This document shows positions 1-9,728 of a stretch of DNA of 51,259 bases, in pieces. This stretch comes from a virus. Each line of letters starts with the position of its first letter. The first letter of the stretch is position 1. The position numbers were made by a program, and so were the translations under genes. The DNA is taken from IMG/VR virus record IMGVR_UViG_3300028706_000004. One strand, 5' to 3'. Below the pieces are notes generated by a model. That model worked only from the letters and a program-made list of their open reading frames with translations. It was not told the DNA's origin and ran no database searches.

Positions 1-318
1 GGGTTAGCACAACGAGTACAAGACATTCGTCAAAGTCAACTAAGAGTCCTCCATTTTCATGAGCCTGCGTTGCTCTCCGTCGAAAGAGGCTGGCAGGCTG
101 GAGGACCGGCCTCGATTAAAGGTGGTCCGTCCGTCATTTCTCAAAGGAGCAGCACATGGACTGAACTCCAACATGTCTGCTCTTGGTGTGTCAAGAACCA
201 CCCCAGCGGTGACAAACCGTACAGGGGACGCTTCTATCGTCCGCATTTGTTGGAGGAGTACAACAAGAGGATGCAATCGCTCTTTGGAGAAGAACACATG
301 TGGATCGTTCCCTCGTAA
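1..318 (+). CDS. hypothetical protein, 5'-partial
   Basis: Frame of ORF 70..318 is open from base 1; followed by a terminator-like hairpin. Confidence 0.55.
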   Translation, partial: GLAQRVQDIRQSQLRVLHFHEPALLSVERGWQAGGPASIKGGPSVISQRSSTWTELQHVCSWCVKNHPSGDKPYRGRFYRPHLLEEYNKRMQSLFGEEHMWIVPS

Positions 319-363
319 GCGGGACTACCGATGAGCTCTAGAAGCGCTCACGGGTGAAATCAT

Positions 364-409
364 GGAACCCTCCAGTTTCTGCCCTGTCACTGGGGGGTTC
401 CGCCTTTCT
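364..409 (+). terminator. intrinsic terminator-like hairpin
   Basis: GGAACCCTCCAGT...ACTGGGGGGTTCC inverted repeat followed by GCCTTTCT. Confidence 0.6.
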
Positions 410-410
410 G

Positions 411-446
411 GTTGGATTCAACTGGTATTCGGTGTACGCTTGACCC
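411..446 (+). promoter_or_regulatory. early-type promoter, leaderless
   Basis: TTGGAT-17bp-TACGCT, with the ATG at 447 six nt after the -10 box. Confidence 0.65.
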
Positions 447-1469
447 ATGAGCCACGACCTAGAACTACGCACCGATGGAACGGCCAAATTCGCCTATTCC
501 AACCGAGAAATTCCATGGCATCGCCTAGGCAAACCCATGAGTGGACTTCAAACTGCTGAAGCAATGCTTGAAGCGGCAGAAGCCGATTACGACGTAATTC
601 TCGCCAAAGTCGCCGCTGTTGATGACGACGGCAATTGGATTCTCAATCCGGATGGCAGCAAAATCATTGTTGAAGACTCACGAGCCACTCTGCGACAAAA
701 CAACGACGGAAGCTTTAACGGATTAGCGACCGTAGGGACCCGATACGTCGTTCAGCAGAACAGGGACTGCATTCAGTACGCATTAGACATCGTCGGCGCC
801 TCAGCCGGAGATGCAGTCGTCGACACATGTGGAGTACTGCATGGAGGTCGCCAATTCTTCGCCTGCATCGACATGGGCGGATTGATCATCGACCCCACGG
901 GTATCAACGACAGGTTGGAACGATACCTACTAGTACACACGGGTCATGACGGCAAGATCGCTATGACCTACGCCAACACGGCTATCCGAAGCGTGTGCAA
1001 CAACACGGTCACCCTCGGCAAGAAAACTGCCAAGTCTGTCTTCACCGCTAAGCACACTCGCAATGCCAAGCTTGCTGTTGATCACGCCAAAGAAGTTCTC
1101 GGGATATCCACGGACTGGGCTGACGGTTTCAAGACCACAGCCAACGAGATGTTGGCCACACCAATGATTGCGGGTTCACGTCAATTTGACAGACTTCTAA
1201 ATGTTGTACTTCCTCCCAAGGGCAACGAAACCAGCAGGCAACGGTCGAATCGTGAAGAAACCGGATCGGTTATTCGCCGTTTGTTCACTTCTTCCCGGAA
1301 CGCAGGTGGCTACGGGTACAACGCATGGTCTGCCTACAACGCAGTAGTTGAGTACTTCGACCACACCCGTGACGCCGAACCCAAGGACCGTGCACTGGCC
1401 TCAATGACCCACAATTCATGGGTGTCGAGTAAGAAATCGGCTGCAGAAGAATACCTACTGTCTCTTTAG
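447..1469 (+). CDS. DUF932 family (phage/plasmid-like TIGR03299-type) protein
   Basis: PWHRLG, VGTRYVVQQN, GHDG, IRSVCNNT, HT and AWSAYNAVVEYFDH motifs typical of DUF932. Confidence 0.85.
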   Translation: MSHDLELRTDGTAKFAYSNREIPWHRLGKPMSGLQTAEAMLEAAEADYDVILAKVAAVDDDGNWILNPDGSKIIVEDSRATLRQNNDGSFNGLATVGTRYVVQQNRDCIQYALDIVGASAGDAVVDTCGVLHGGRQFFACIDMGGLIIDPTGINDRLERYLLVHTGHDGKIAMTYANTAIRSVCNNTVTLGKKTAKSVFTAKHTRNAKLAVDHAKEVLGISTDWADGFKTTANEMLATPMIAGSRQFDRLLNVVLPPKGNETSRQRSNREETGSVIRRLFTSSRNAGGYGYNAWSAYNAVVEYFDHTRDAEPKDRALASMTHNSWVSSKKSAAEEYLLSL

Positions 1470-1526
1470 AGCATCCCCGCATGGCACAATAGGGGAGGCT
1501 GCGCTTGTCGAAAGGAAGGGACTGGT

Positions 1527-1970
1527 ATGTCTGATGAAATCGAAGGCGGAGAATCGAGTTCGGATACCGGCGAAGTTAGCCGTCAGGAGCTAATTGAGTT
1601 CCTTGGCGACTTCATGTCGGGCACTATGCGTATCGAGCAGGTGTATCGCTCACACCTCTGCTCAACCCTTGTCCAACGGGTTCACTCAGAATTCGGACCC
1701 GAAGGACTCGCAGAGATGATGATCAAAATCGACGAAACTGGCGGGTGGATCTCTGACATCTTGCTAGAAGCCCCGGATCTGGAGAACGCCATGTTCGACA
1801 AGTTCGGCGTCTTTGACCCGCAAGTCACCCATAAAGCTCGTGACACCAAGGCCATGTACGAGATGAACAAGAAGATTTGGCGACTTCGGAAACGCTACGC
1901 CAAGCTGATTGTCGATGAGATCTTCGAAGAGAACAACGCTCCCCAACCTGTCGAACCCGAGACTGAGTAG
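1527..1970 (+). CDS. hypothetical protein
   Basis: RBS AAAGGAAGG; 147 aa; coupled to the next ORF. Confidence 0.7.
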   Translation: MSDEIEGGESSSDTGEVSRQELIEFLGDFMSGTMRIEQVYRSHLCSTLVQRVHSEFGPEGLAEMMIKIDETGGWISDILLEAPDLENAMFDKFGVFDPQVTHKARDTKAMYEMNKKIWRLRKRYAKLIVDEIFEENNAPQPVEPETE

Positions 1971-2251
1971 TGTCCCACTTCTGGGGAAAACTTACTCGTC
2001 TGGTTCCAACGTTCACGGGTACCCCTGAAGAAGCAAAAGACAACACGCAATCGCACAGCTGGAGAACCGTTCGTCTCGCCGACCGATTCAACGAGGTCAA
2101 CAACTCTGCCCTCAAAGTTACCGAGTGTTCGAAATGCGGAATCCTTGCTCGGCATCACGCTTCTAGCTACCCATGCGGGACTCCCCCGGAGGAGCTCACG
2201 TTAGAAGAGTTGCTACAGCAAAAAGAAAGCGGCCCCACCCCCAAGCCGTAG
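1970..2251 (+). CDS. small Cys/His Zn-binding hypothetical protein
   Basis: HSW...CSKCG...YPC; start overlaps previous stop. Confidence 0.6.
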   Translation: MSHFWGKLTRLVPTFTGTPEEAKDNTQSHSWRTVRLADRFNEVNNSALKVTECSKCGILARHHASSYPCGTPPEELTLEELLQQKESGPTPKP

Positions 2252-2312
2252 CCTGAGAGTGGAGCCGCTAACCCGTCCGTGACCCCTAGGTGGATGAGGG
2301 GGGAAGGGGTTC

Positions 2313-2510
2313 CTAGATGCCCCAGACAGAACGGTGCTGATCTTCGATGAACTTGGCTTGTACCTCATCGACACAGCGCATTCGAAAGATCTGCGAATCG
2401 GACGAGTCGCCGTCAGGACTGGCGAACCAGAGGTGTAGGTAGTTACCCACAACTTCGGTTCCGGTCAGTGTTCCCTTCATGCGGACTCTTGGCCTTGCTT
2501 CGGTTTCCAT
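2313..2510 (-). CDS. hypothetical protein
   Basis: 65 aa; RBS GGAAGGGG; conserved promoter at 2550-2580. Confidence 0.65.
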   Translation of the reverse strand: METEARPRVRMKGTLTGTEVVGNYLHLWFASPDGDSSDSQIFRMRCVDEVQAKFIEDQHRSVWGI

Positions 2511-2549
2511 TTAAACCCCTTCCATGGGTTGATTTGCCTTACAACAAAC

Positions 2550-2580
2550 AACCTAGTCGTTATTGCGACTACTGCCAACC
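2550..2580 (-). promoter_or_regulatory. early-type promoter
   Basis: GG-TTGGCA-gtagtcgcaataacgac-TAGGTT. Confidence 0.6.
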
Positions 2581-2758
2581 TTTATGACGCTTTTTCTTTA
2601 GAACTTGCGGTATTTCTTTCTCAACCCGATTGACCGTGGCTTCACATCGAAATACTCGGTCTTCGTCGTCCCCTGTTTCGGATCGAGAGTCACCTTCCCA
2701 AACGGAGTGACCCACTCAGTCACCACCTCGTCATCGTCGAGCTCTTCAGCCCCGCTGT

Positions 2759-2923
2759 TCACTTGTTCGTTCCTATCTTGTTGACGGTAATCAACTCTTC
2801 GTAGTAAGCCTTGCGTCTAGCATCGGCTTCTTTCTTACGCAAGGCACGACGCTTCGCTTTAGCAGGACTCAACTTGGCCCTGTTCCTTACATGTTGTTGC
2901 GTCTTCTTACGTTTCTTTCGCAT
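2759..2923 (-). CDS. small highly basic protein (54 aa)
   Basis: Hand translation MRKKRKKTQQHVRNRAKLSPAKAKRRALRKKEADARRKAYYEELITVNKIGTNK; overlaps neighbours in operon style. Confidence 0.5.
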   Translation of the reverse strand: MRKKRKKTQQHVRNRAKLSPAKAKRRALRKKEADARRKAYYEELITVNKIGTNK

Positions 2924-3365
2924 TCAACGAGACTAGCGCAGGAGATGGATGCGGAAGATCACCATTGACCAACCACTCAGGACGGATCTCTCTCCATCCA
3001 ATCATCTCGCACTGCCATGCTCGGCGTTCACTCTTACCGATGAGGGTGATGATGTCACCATGCATCATCGAGCGAATGCCCAACTTCTCGGGTAGGTCGC
3101 CACGTTCGATGTTCTGAAGCTTCCTAAAGTAGTAGTCCTGCCATTCGGGCACGTTAGCGATAATGGCGACGTTCGCTATCTCTTCGTGAAAAACCTCAAC
3201 CAACGAATAAGGACTGTGTTCGACGGGTGGGTTCAGAGGCGTCTTCGCCATCCAGCTTGGGTCTTTGCGATAGTAAATCGCTACCTCATCCACTGTCGCC
3301 CGCTGCCTTATCCAGTTTGGCCACACCCTCGTACACATAAAACGATCCACCAGAGAGAGCCACAT
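2907..3365 (-). CDS. YodL-like domain protein
   Basis: IRSMMHGDII...AWQCEMIGW resembles the YodL C-terminal motif (RSLSVGDVV...YxCDSxGF); true start may be downstream. Confidence 0.55.
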   Translation of the reverse strand: MWLSLVDRFMCTRVWPNWIRQRATVDEVAIYYRKDPSWMAKTPLNPPVEHSPYSLVEVFHEEIANVAIIANVPEWQDYYFRKLQNIERGDLPEKLGIRSMMHGDIITLIGKSERRAWQCEMIGWREIRPEWLVNGDLPHPSPALVSLNAKET

Positions 3366-3528
3366 GCGCCACAGGTGTCAGGTCACTCATCTGCTGCCTC
3401 CAGTCGGCCCATTAGAGCCTCCATCTCAACAGCCATCGGGGTTGTCGGTTGTGTCTGTCGCACCCACCACAGAGCGGACACGATCAGTCGTCGGTCAGCA
3501 GTAGACAACGGCACCATCTCCGAGTCAC

Positions 3529-3864
3529 TCACTGGTCGTCCTCCTTGGTTTGCAGCCGCAACCGCCGACACACAACACAGTGCGTCCACACGGCACTGAC
3601 ACCAAACTCCTCGGTCACTCTCGCCCGCCGCCATGTGTGGCACGGGTCGTGCGCGTGGCCGCTGCATTTGTCGCATTCCTCACCGTTGGGGTCACAAAAC
3701 GATTCAGTCACTGAATCCTCAACGCCGTAGGTCATGTCCTCATCTGCCACGCCGTAACCCGTATCGATGGGTGGAGGTTTTCTTTCACTTGGCATCGTTA
3801 CAGCAACCTTTCTTTCATTCTGATAAACCCTGCATACTCTGATAAACCTGAGTCTCAATCTCAT
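3529..3864 (-). CDS. Zn-ribbon hypothetical protein
   Basis: CDKCSGHAHDPC...HCVVC; probable start at MPSERKPP. Confidence 0.55.
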   Translation of the reverse strand: MRLRLRFIRVCRVYQNERKVAVTMPSERKPPPIDTGYGVADEDMTYGVEDSVTESFCDPNGEECDKCSGHAHDPCHTWRRARVTEEFGVSAVWTHCVVCRRLRLQTKEDDQ

Positions 3865-4351
3865 CCAAGTTGGCCAACATGCGGCGCTGGAAGTCGAACT
3901 GCGGGTAATCCGTTGCGCCGCGCCTCTTTGATGTCCGGTTTGAACCGGCCAAAATCATCCATGAGTGTCGCCTCCATGCTGCCTCCCGCAGATGTTGGCT
4001 CCGAAACTCGCCAAGAATCTCCAACAGATCCTCCGCTTGGCGGCGGGACAACGTGACATCATTCTTGGGCGATCCTTCGACCTCATCGAATGAACGCCCA
4101 ACTGGATCTGCGCTACCAGACGGACGGTCTTGGCAGCGGCATTCTTCGACTACATCGGATGGCCGCACAACGTCGTCCATTGCGTCGTCCCGCAACCCCG
4201 ACAAGCACCTATCCCGCTCATGCACACCGTCGTCATCTGTTATTGGTTCCCACGACCAATCCAAGGTTTCCAACTCAAACGTCGGGAACGTGTACTTGCC
4301 GCAGCAACAAGGCGTCGACTGTCTATTACTGGTTTTTGCCATCGAACCCAT
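3815..4351 (-). CDS. hypothetical protein
   Basis: 178 aa ORF in an overlapping minus-strand run. Confidence 0.55.
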   Translation of the reverse strand: MGSMAKTSNRQSTPCCCGKYTFPTFELETLDWSWEPITDDDGVHERDRCLSGLRDDAMDDVVRPSDVVEECRCQDRPSGSADPVGRSFDEVEGSPKNDVTLSRRQAEDLLEILGEFRSQHLREAAWRRHSWMILAGSNRTSKRRGATDYPQFDFQRRMLANLDEIETQVYQSMQGLSE

Positions 4352-4769
4352 GGGTTTCTCCGTTCATAAATGGGTCGCTGTTCACGATTTCAAGGCTTGG
4401 AGGATCGGGCCAATCGGCTCCAATCTTCTTCACCGGATACTCACGAGGTGTCGTCTTCATCGTCCATGCAAACTCACAACACGGATTCTCGTCGGTTGAG
4501 TCCATCAAGTCAACTGGGTGTCCACCCTTCGACTCTTCGGTCAACTTCGGGATCTCTCTAACCAGCCACAAGCAACAGTCGTGGCACAGGTGAAGCGTCA
4601 CGAGTGGTTTCCCCATGAAAGACAGCGAGTCGTAAAACCCACCGTCATAGCCAATAACTTGGAGGTGTAGCCCGCCCCGCAACTGGGTTACGAACTCTGG
4701 CATGTCCAAGAACTCTGGTCGGGTTGGCGTGTCACACCTGTCGCATCGGTACCAATCATTCGGAGTCAT
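4326..4769 (-). CDS. Zn-binding hypothetical protein
   Basis: CDRC...GYDGGFYD...LCHDC; RBS GAGGAGG. Confidence 0.65.
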   Translation of the reverse strand: MTPNDWYRCDRCDTPTRPEFLDMPEFVTQLRGGLHLQVIGYDGGFYDSLSFMGKPLVTLHLCHDCCLWLVREIPKLTEESKGGHPVDLMDSTDENPCCEFAWTMKTTPREYPVKKIGADWPDPPSLEIVNSDPFMNGETHGFDGKNQ

Positions 4770-4881
4770 GCTTCCTCCTCATCGAACAGGCAATCTTCGG
4801 GTGTGTCGTCAAGATGCTCCGGCACTGGGCATGCAGGCTGGTGCGAGATGCTCCAGACACGGTTGTCCACGGTGCGGTCCT

Positions 4882-6498
4882 TCATCGTCGCAACACTCCA
4901 ATCGATCGATCTTTGATAAATGGCGCATGTTCCGGTCCAACGTCAGTGTCTATGACCCGATGCTCAACTCGGCCACACTCATCGCAGATGCGCCAGTCGT
5001 ACTCGTCCTTATGGGGACGGTACACATGCCTACAGGTGCGGTCGCCCGCCTTGCCCTGATTACCTCTCCAATGGCTCATCCGATGATGACGAGTCGTCAA
5101 TGGACCACGGCTCAGGTACCGGCCTTCACGACGCAGTCCCTCTTCTACGGGCTTACGCAATGTGTAGACACGGAGAGCAGTGTCTTTAGCGATTCCCCGC
5201 TTCTTGAGCCCTCGTTGAACATCGCGAGGAGCGCCTTCGGACGGGTAAACATCTTCTGCGTACAGGTAGTCCTCGCCCAACATCCGGATGACCTCGCAGG
5301 CGAAAGCAATCATCGTCCACTGGTCGGCAGTCCGATCAGCGGTTTCTTGCTCTGTCTCCGGCTCATGCGGAAACGGCACCAGTGTCGACTTGCCGTTCTC
5401 GTTCCACCACAGTTCGTGGCCTGCACCGAACTCGTCCGGTGAAGGAGCGCCGGGCTGGTCTGGGCGCAACAGTGGCACGTTTGCCTCACCGGTAGGACTG
5501 AAACTCCTACCGTCTTTGGGTGCAGAGTCCACATCAAACGTGTTCATCCGTGGCGACCAGAAGTGGTACGGAATCAAACGCTGGGGTCCGCTGCTACCTC
5601 GATAGTTGTGGTTCTGGTCCTCACTGTCATCGAGGCTCGGACCATACTTGTATGACTCCTGAGCTTCGTTCATCATTATCTGCCACAGTTCGGCGTGATT
5701 GGTCGCCAAGTCCATGATCTGTGCAAACTCGCTGGTGCCCGCCAGTGGCGGCTGGGGCGGAATGACCTTATTGCTCGTCAACATCGAGCCATTGTCGAAC
5801 TCGCTGTTCGACCAGAACCCTTCACCCGCTAACCATTTGATCGAGTTGCTTGCGTGGTTCCATCCAGCATCGCAGATCCAGAAGATCGTGATCTTGTTCC
5901 CGTCTAGGTTCCATGCGATAGCAGGTGTGATCTCTTGCTGCCCAGTGGGGGCTACGTCCTGTTGTTGGAAGTTCATGTCATCCGTTACGGGTAACCACAC
6001 GATGCCCGTTGGGGTCACCAACTCATGGGGCTCGATAAACGCTTCGGTTCGACGGACCATCCGTCGGGCTGCCTGATCTCCCATTTCGGGAGTGACGTAA
6101 TACATGCGTCCGTGCACGGCCTTGTTGTATGACCGAATGGCACTCCTGACGATAGAACTAGCCAGTCCACCGCAAATCTCGCCTTCGGGTCCAACGATCC
6201 CGGTGCCTGCGTGTACCGCACTTGTAGGAAGGTCCCATCCTGAGGTGAGCCCTCCCATCGTTGCCTGCGGCTTGAAGATTTCATCGACCAACGATCTTGC
6301 CTGTTCAAACTGATCGACAACGGGCTGTATGCCTGTGCCTACACCCGTCCGTGATGCCGCCCACTGACCCGTCTGGTCAACTTGAAGCATCCACCAGTCC
6401 AGATACATGCGACCTAGCTCGCTGTTGACCCACTCTCGCAGGGCAGCAGTGTCTCTGCCGATCGCCAGTTTCAGTCTGGGAGTCAGTTCTGTACCCAC
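4882..6498 (-). CDS. conserved phage hypothetical protein with C-terminal HxxxxHWR motif and Zn ribbon
   Basis: HHRMSHWRGNQG...CRH...CDECG...GPEHAPF; start moved to GTG 6498 because of the leaderless promoter. Confidence 0.7.
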   Translation of the reverse strand: MGTELTPRLKLAIGRDTAALREWVNSELGRMYLDWWMLQVDQTGQWAASRTGVGTGIQPVVDQFEQARSLVDEIFKPQATMGGLTSGWDLPTSAVHAGTGIVGPEGEICGGLASSIVRSAIRSYNKAVHGRMYYVTPEMGDQAARRMVRRTEAFIEPHELVTPTGIVWLPVTDDMNFQQQDVAPTGQQEITPAIAWNLDGNKITIFWICDAGWNHASNSIKWLAGEGFWSNSEFDNGSMLTSNKVIPPQPPLAGTSEFAQIMDLATNHAELWQIMMNEAQESYKYGPSLDDSEDQNHNYRGSSGPQRLIPYHFWSPRMNTFDVDSAPKDGRSFSPTGEANVPLLRPDQPGAPSPDEFGAGHELWWNENGKSTLVPFPHEPETEQETADRTADQWTMIAFACEVIRMLGEDYLYAEDVYPSEGAPRDVQRGLKKRGIAKDTALRVYTLRKPVEEGLRREGRYLSRGPLTTRHHRMSHWRGNQGKAGDRTCRHVYRPHKDEYDWRICDECGRVEHRVIDTDVGPEHAPFIKDRSIGVLRR

Positions 6499-6505
6499 AA
6501 GCGCA

Positions 6506-6536
6506 ACCCTATCGGTTATGGACAGACAACACAACG
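6506..6536 (-). promoter_or_regulatory. early-type promoter, leaderless
   Basis: G-TTGTGT-tgtctgtccataaccga-TAGGGT-7nt-GTG. Confidence 0.7.
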
Positions 6537-6539
6537 CCG

Positions 6540-8477
6540 TCAGGCAACAATATTTTGATTCAACAGGTTTTCCACAAGGGATGCAGCGGGACTCGCTAGC
6601 TCTAGCTCCCCAAGTTCTCCTTCGGTTGCCAGATCCACGACCGCTCGCTTCGCTTCAATCAGGTCATAGATGTCTTGATCCACCGTGTTGGAGGCCAGCA
6701 TGTACGTCGCCGTCACCGAACCCTGCTGTCCGATGCGGTGTAGCCGTGAGTAGGTTTGGTCAACATCGGCAGGCGTCCACGGTTGCTCAACGAACAAGAT
6801 GTCCTGTGCTGCCGTCAGTGTGTGACCCGTCTTTGCTGCTTGGATGCTCAACACGATCACCGGAGCTTCTTCGACTGGTTCGTCTTGGAAACGCCGCTTC
6901 GCTGCTTCAACCGCTTCGACCGACATCCCTCCTTGGATCTTGAGCCCTCCGTGTCGGTTGGCAATCTCATCCACGATGTCCCTGTGGTGCGCAGCAACCA
7001 CGACTTTTCGACCTTCTTCTACCCTCTGCGTAATCCACTCTTCGACGTGAGGCATCTTGGCCTTCGCTGCCAGTCTCCTCAGAATCGACAACTTCACAAG
7101 ATGCTGGTTCGATTCAGCACGGAAGCGTGCCCGAACGGCTGCTGACCCCACGGGTTCACCCAACTCTCGGGCTATTGCCTTCGCTCGATCAACGAGGTAC
7201 TGAACGATGTCAGCCTCAGCCTTCTTGTACTCCTTCATAGCTGCGACAGTCCCGTCAACAACAACCGGATCGTGCAGAACGGGAGGCAACTCTTTCATTA
7301 CCTCGTCCTTGGTACGACGGATGTAGCAGGTGGATCGCAACTTATCGTTGAGTTCATCAAGGTTGGAGTGTCCCTCCAGATGCCACTGGCCCCACTTGTC
7401 CTTGAATGCTCCGCAATATCGTCGGTAAAAGCCCCACTCTCCCCCAAACTTGTCGATCTGTCCGATGATGTCCAGTTGGGCTGCGTATTCCATGGGCCTG
7501 TTCGTGATGGGCGTACCGGTGAGCATGAAGACCGGGGCCTCCGGGGAGCTCTTAGCTATCTTCTTGCAAGCCTTTGTCCGCTGCGAGGTCTTGGTTTTGG
7601 CGTAGTGGCTTTCATCGAATATGTAGCCATTGTGCCTTGACAACTCCCTCACCCATGTGTTAGTGTTGCTATAACCTACAATGACTACCTCATAGTCCGT
7701 AGGGAATTCTTTGCGATTCGCCACCACCGCAGTAGTCCGATGCGGCAAAAAGCGGGAATACTCGCTCTCCCAGTTCAGAACAAGGTTGGGGGGGCATACG
7801 ACCACTGCCGGATAAGCGTGCAAAATTTCCAACGCCGCTATCCCCTGCAGGGTCTTGCCGAGTCCCATCTCATCTGCGATGAAACATCGTTCCGCTGCGA
7901 CCGCATAGTTGATCCCCGCCTTCTGATACGGGAAGAGCTCAGCTTGGAGCCCCGCTACCTCTAGTTCAGCATCAGTAGCCCGACTTGCATCGAGAAGTGC
8001 CCCCAGTTGCGCTTTGACCGACTCTCCCTCGACCTGCACCTCGGGGTGAACAGGGATTCCGAAGATTTCCGCCCATCTCAGCGCCTCCTCAACCGAAGTC
8101 AACGGCGCTCTCCACGCCATCGTCTTGTCATCCCATGTGACGCCGGGGATCTGCTTGACCGACTCGATCTTCACACGGTCATACCCGAACGCCATGTGGA
8201 TGTAGCCGTCTATCCCCAATGTCACCGACGATCCGTCGTTCTTGTGCTTGGGCGGATTGAACAGCAACACCTCATTCGAAATCGTGTAACCGTGAGCTGC
8301 AGCGAAGTCCCGTACTTCAGTTACCGCAGACATTGGGAAGCGCCACAGTTTGTTGCGCCTATCCCACTTTGCGCCAGCGATCTGTTTGACCTCTGCCACC
8401 TGTTCTGCGACATACGGGAAGTCGATCGCCAGTTCTCTGCTGTCGAAGAGGAACAGGTCGGCGTCAGCCAAGGTCAA
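6540..8477 (-). CDS. SNF2-family helicase with two N-terminal HARP-like domains (SMARCAL1-like annealing helicase)
   Basis: ADEMGLGKT, DESH, LTGTP, WTPADVDQTYSRLHRIGQ; duplicated KQIxGxxWDxxxxxWxxP HARP motif. Confidence 0.9.
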   Translation of the reverse strand: MTLADADLFLFDSRELAIDFPYVAEQVAEVKQIAGAKWDRRNKLWRFPMSAVTEVRDFAAAHGYTISNEVLLFNPPKHKNDGSSVTLGIDGYIHMAFGYDRVKIESVKQIPGVTWDDKTMAWRAPLTSVEEALRWAEIFGIPVHPEVQVEGESVKAQLGALLDASRATDAELEVAGLQAELFPYQKAGINYAVAAERCFIADEMGLGKTLQGIAALEILHAYPAVVVCPPNLVLNWESEYSRFLPHRTTAVVANRKEFPTDYEVVIVGYSNTNTWVRELSRHNGYIFDESHYAKTKTSQRTKACKKIAKSSPEAPVFMLTGTPITNRPMEYAAQLDIIGQIDKFGGEWGFYRRYCGAFKDKWGQWHLEGHSNLDELNDKLRSTCYIRRTKDEVMKELPPVLHDPVVVDGTVAAMKEYKKAEADIVQYLVDRAKAIARELGEPVGSAAVRARFRAESNQHLVKLSILRRLAAKAKMPHVEEWITQRVEEGRKVVVAAHHRDIVDEIANRHGGLKIQGGMSVEAVEAAKRRFQDEPVEEAPVIVLSIQAAKTGHTLTAAQDILFVEQPWTPADVDQTYSRLHRIGQQGSVTATYMLASNTVDQDIYDLIEAKRAVVDLATEGELGELELASPAASLVENLLNQNIVA

Positions 8478-8679
8478 TCCTGTCCGCTTCGTTCGCTAGT
8501 GGGTTGTTCACGACATCGCCAATCCAGCGAATCTGAACCTGAAGAAACCTTGTCTCCCATTTTGATTTGAGAGACAAGGCTTCTTGCAGGTTGTCAGTGA
8601 TGTACCAATTGTGGGACTCACTGTTGTATTCGTTGTATCCCAGCACGATGTACTGGCGGCGGCTGCGCCCCAAATTCAT
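8464..8679 (-). CDS. hypothetical protein
   Basis: 71 aa; fills the gap between Fic and helicase. Confidence 0.55.
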   Translation of the reverse strand: MNLGRSRRQYIVLGYNEYNSESHNWYITDNLQEALSLKSKWETRFLQVQIRWIGDVVNNPLANEADRIDLG

Positions 8680-8681
8680 GG

Positions 8682-9194
8682 TTAGACCTTAGCGTCTTCG
8701 ATCCATCCGTCAACAGTGGGGACACAAATGAAGTCTCGATGGTGTGTCCTCCGATTCAGGAGAATCGCTGCAGTCCGACCATTTCCGTCTGCGAAGGGAT
8801 GAATCCGTAGGAACTCAATACAGAACTCCTCGATTCTTCCATCCCAGAACAGATGACTTTTGCACAACTGGTTCACGAGGCGAGGGATCTCTCGCCAGTC
8901 AGCGCCATCGTTGCCGTTGGAAAACACCACGGGTGTAGTCCTGTAGCCCTGATGACGCAGATCTCGCTTGGAATTGTCCCACTCGTCGGTCACCATCATG
9001 TTGACATACACGATCTGACGTTCCAGATCCATGTGGTCGCTCATGAAAAAGTTATTCCGTGAGTAATCCCAAGCTTGAATGAACTGCGGAGCTAAGCCCG
9101 GGGCTCCCTGTCGGGTTACCTCGCGCTCTGCCCACGCCCATGCTTCGGGTCGCTTCGGTTGATCTTCTGCTTTGGTCTTCAGTTCAGTCTTCAT
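8682..9194 (-). CDS. Fic/Doc family protein
   Basis: IHPFADGNGRTAA motif, GYRTTPV flap; start MKTEL after RBS GGAAAG. Confidence 0.85.
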   Translation of the reverse strand: MKTELKTKAEDQPKRPEAWAWAEREVTRQGAPGLAPQFIQAWDYSRNNFFMSDHMDLERQIVYVNMMVTDEWDNSKRDLRHQGYRTTPVVFSNGNDGADWREIPRLVNQLCKSHLFWDGRIEEFCIEFLRIHPFADGNGRTAAILLNRRTHHRDFICVPTVDGWIEDAKV

Positions 9195-9208
9195 GTCTTT
9201 CCGTTCTG

Positions 9209-9727
9209 TTAGCAGATCTCGAATCCACCTGAGTGAATGAGAAAGTCTGCGAACTCTGTTACGCATCCCTCTTCGACTCCGTATGAAGTCCAGATGGACT
9301 CTTGCTTCCCCAGTCCGTTGCAGCCGTTGCACCAGCCGAACTCTCGTCCGACGATGATGGCTACTTCGTCGTCTAACTTCTTGTCGTGCTGTCCGGCGTT
9401 CATCCCGACCTCATCGGTGCGGATGCCAGTTGAGTCGCAGAACTGGCACTCTTCCAGCGGAAGGTCGGCTTGTGCGGCTCGAAACTCCTCGATCCATTGC
9501 AACGCCTTGCCCTTTTCGACTGCGTTGTGCAGCGCATAGCCAAGAGCGGCAGCGTCTATGGCTCCCAGTCCGTCGCCGTCGTTTGTGTGTGGCGACTCGA
9601 CTTTCGTGGCGACATCGGGGACGAGCGCTTCAACGCACTCCCAGAGTGGTCGCCATCCCCAGACGTTCCGGCGGAAGTGTTCGCCAGTCTCGTTTGTCGG
9701 CTCTTTGCCGTAGATATCCATGCCCAT
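9209..9727 (-). CDS. phage hypothetical protein with DnaJ-type Zn finger insert
   Basis: MGMDIYG...FRRNVWGWRPLW...CQFCDSTG...CNGCNGLG...SGGFEIC. Confidence 0.75.
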   Translation of the reverse strand: MGMDIYGKEPTNETGEHFRRNVWGWRPLWECVEALVPDVATKVESPHTNDGDGLGAIDAAALGYALHNAVEKGKALQWIEEFRAAQADLPLEECQFCDSTGIRTDEVGMNAGQHDKKLDDEVAIIVGREFGWCNGCNGLGKQESIWTSYGVEEGCVTEFADFLIHSGGFEIC

Positions 9728-9728
9728 G

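Noticed and set aside
4702-5442. 246-aa plus-strand ORF and many other antisense ORFs in the track
   Set aside because: They are shadow frames of well-supported opposite-strand genes in GC-rich DNA, with no RBS, promoter or motifs.
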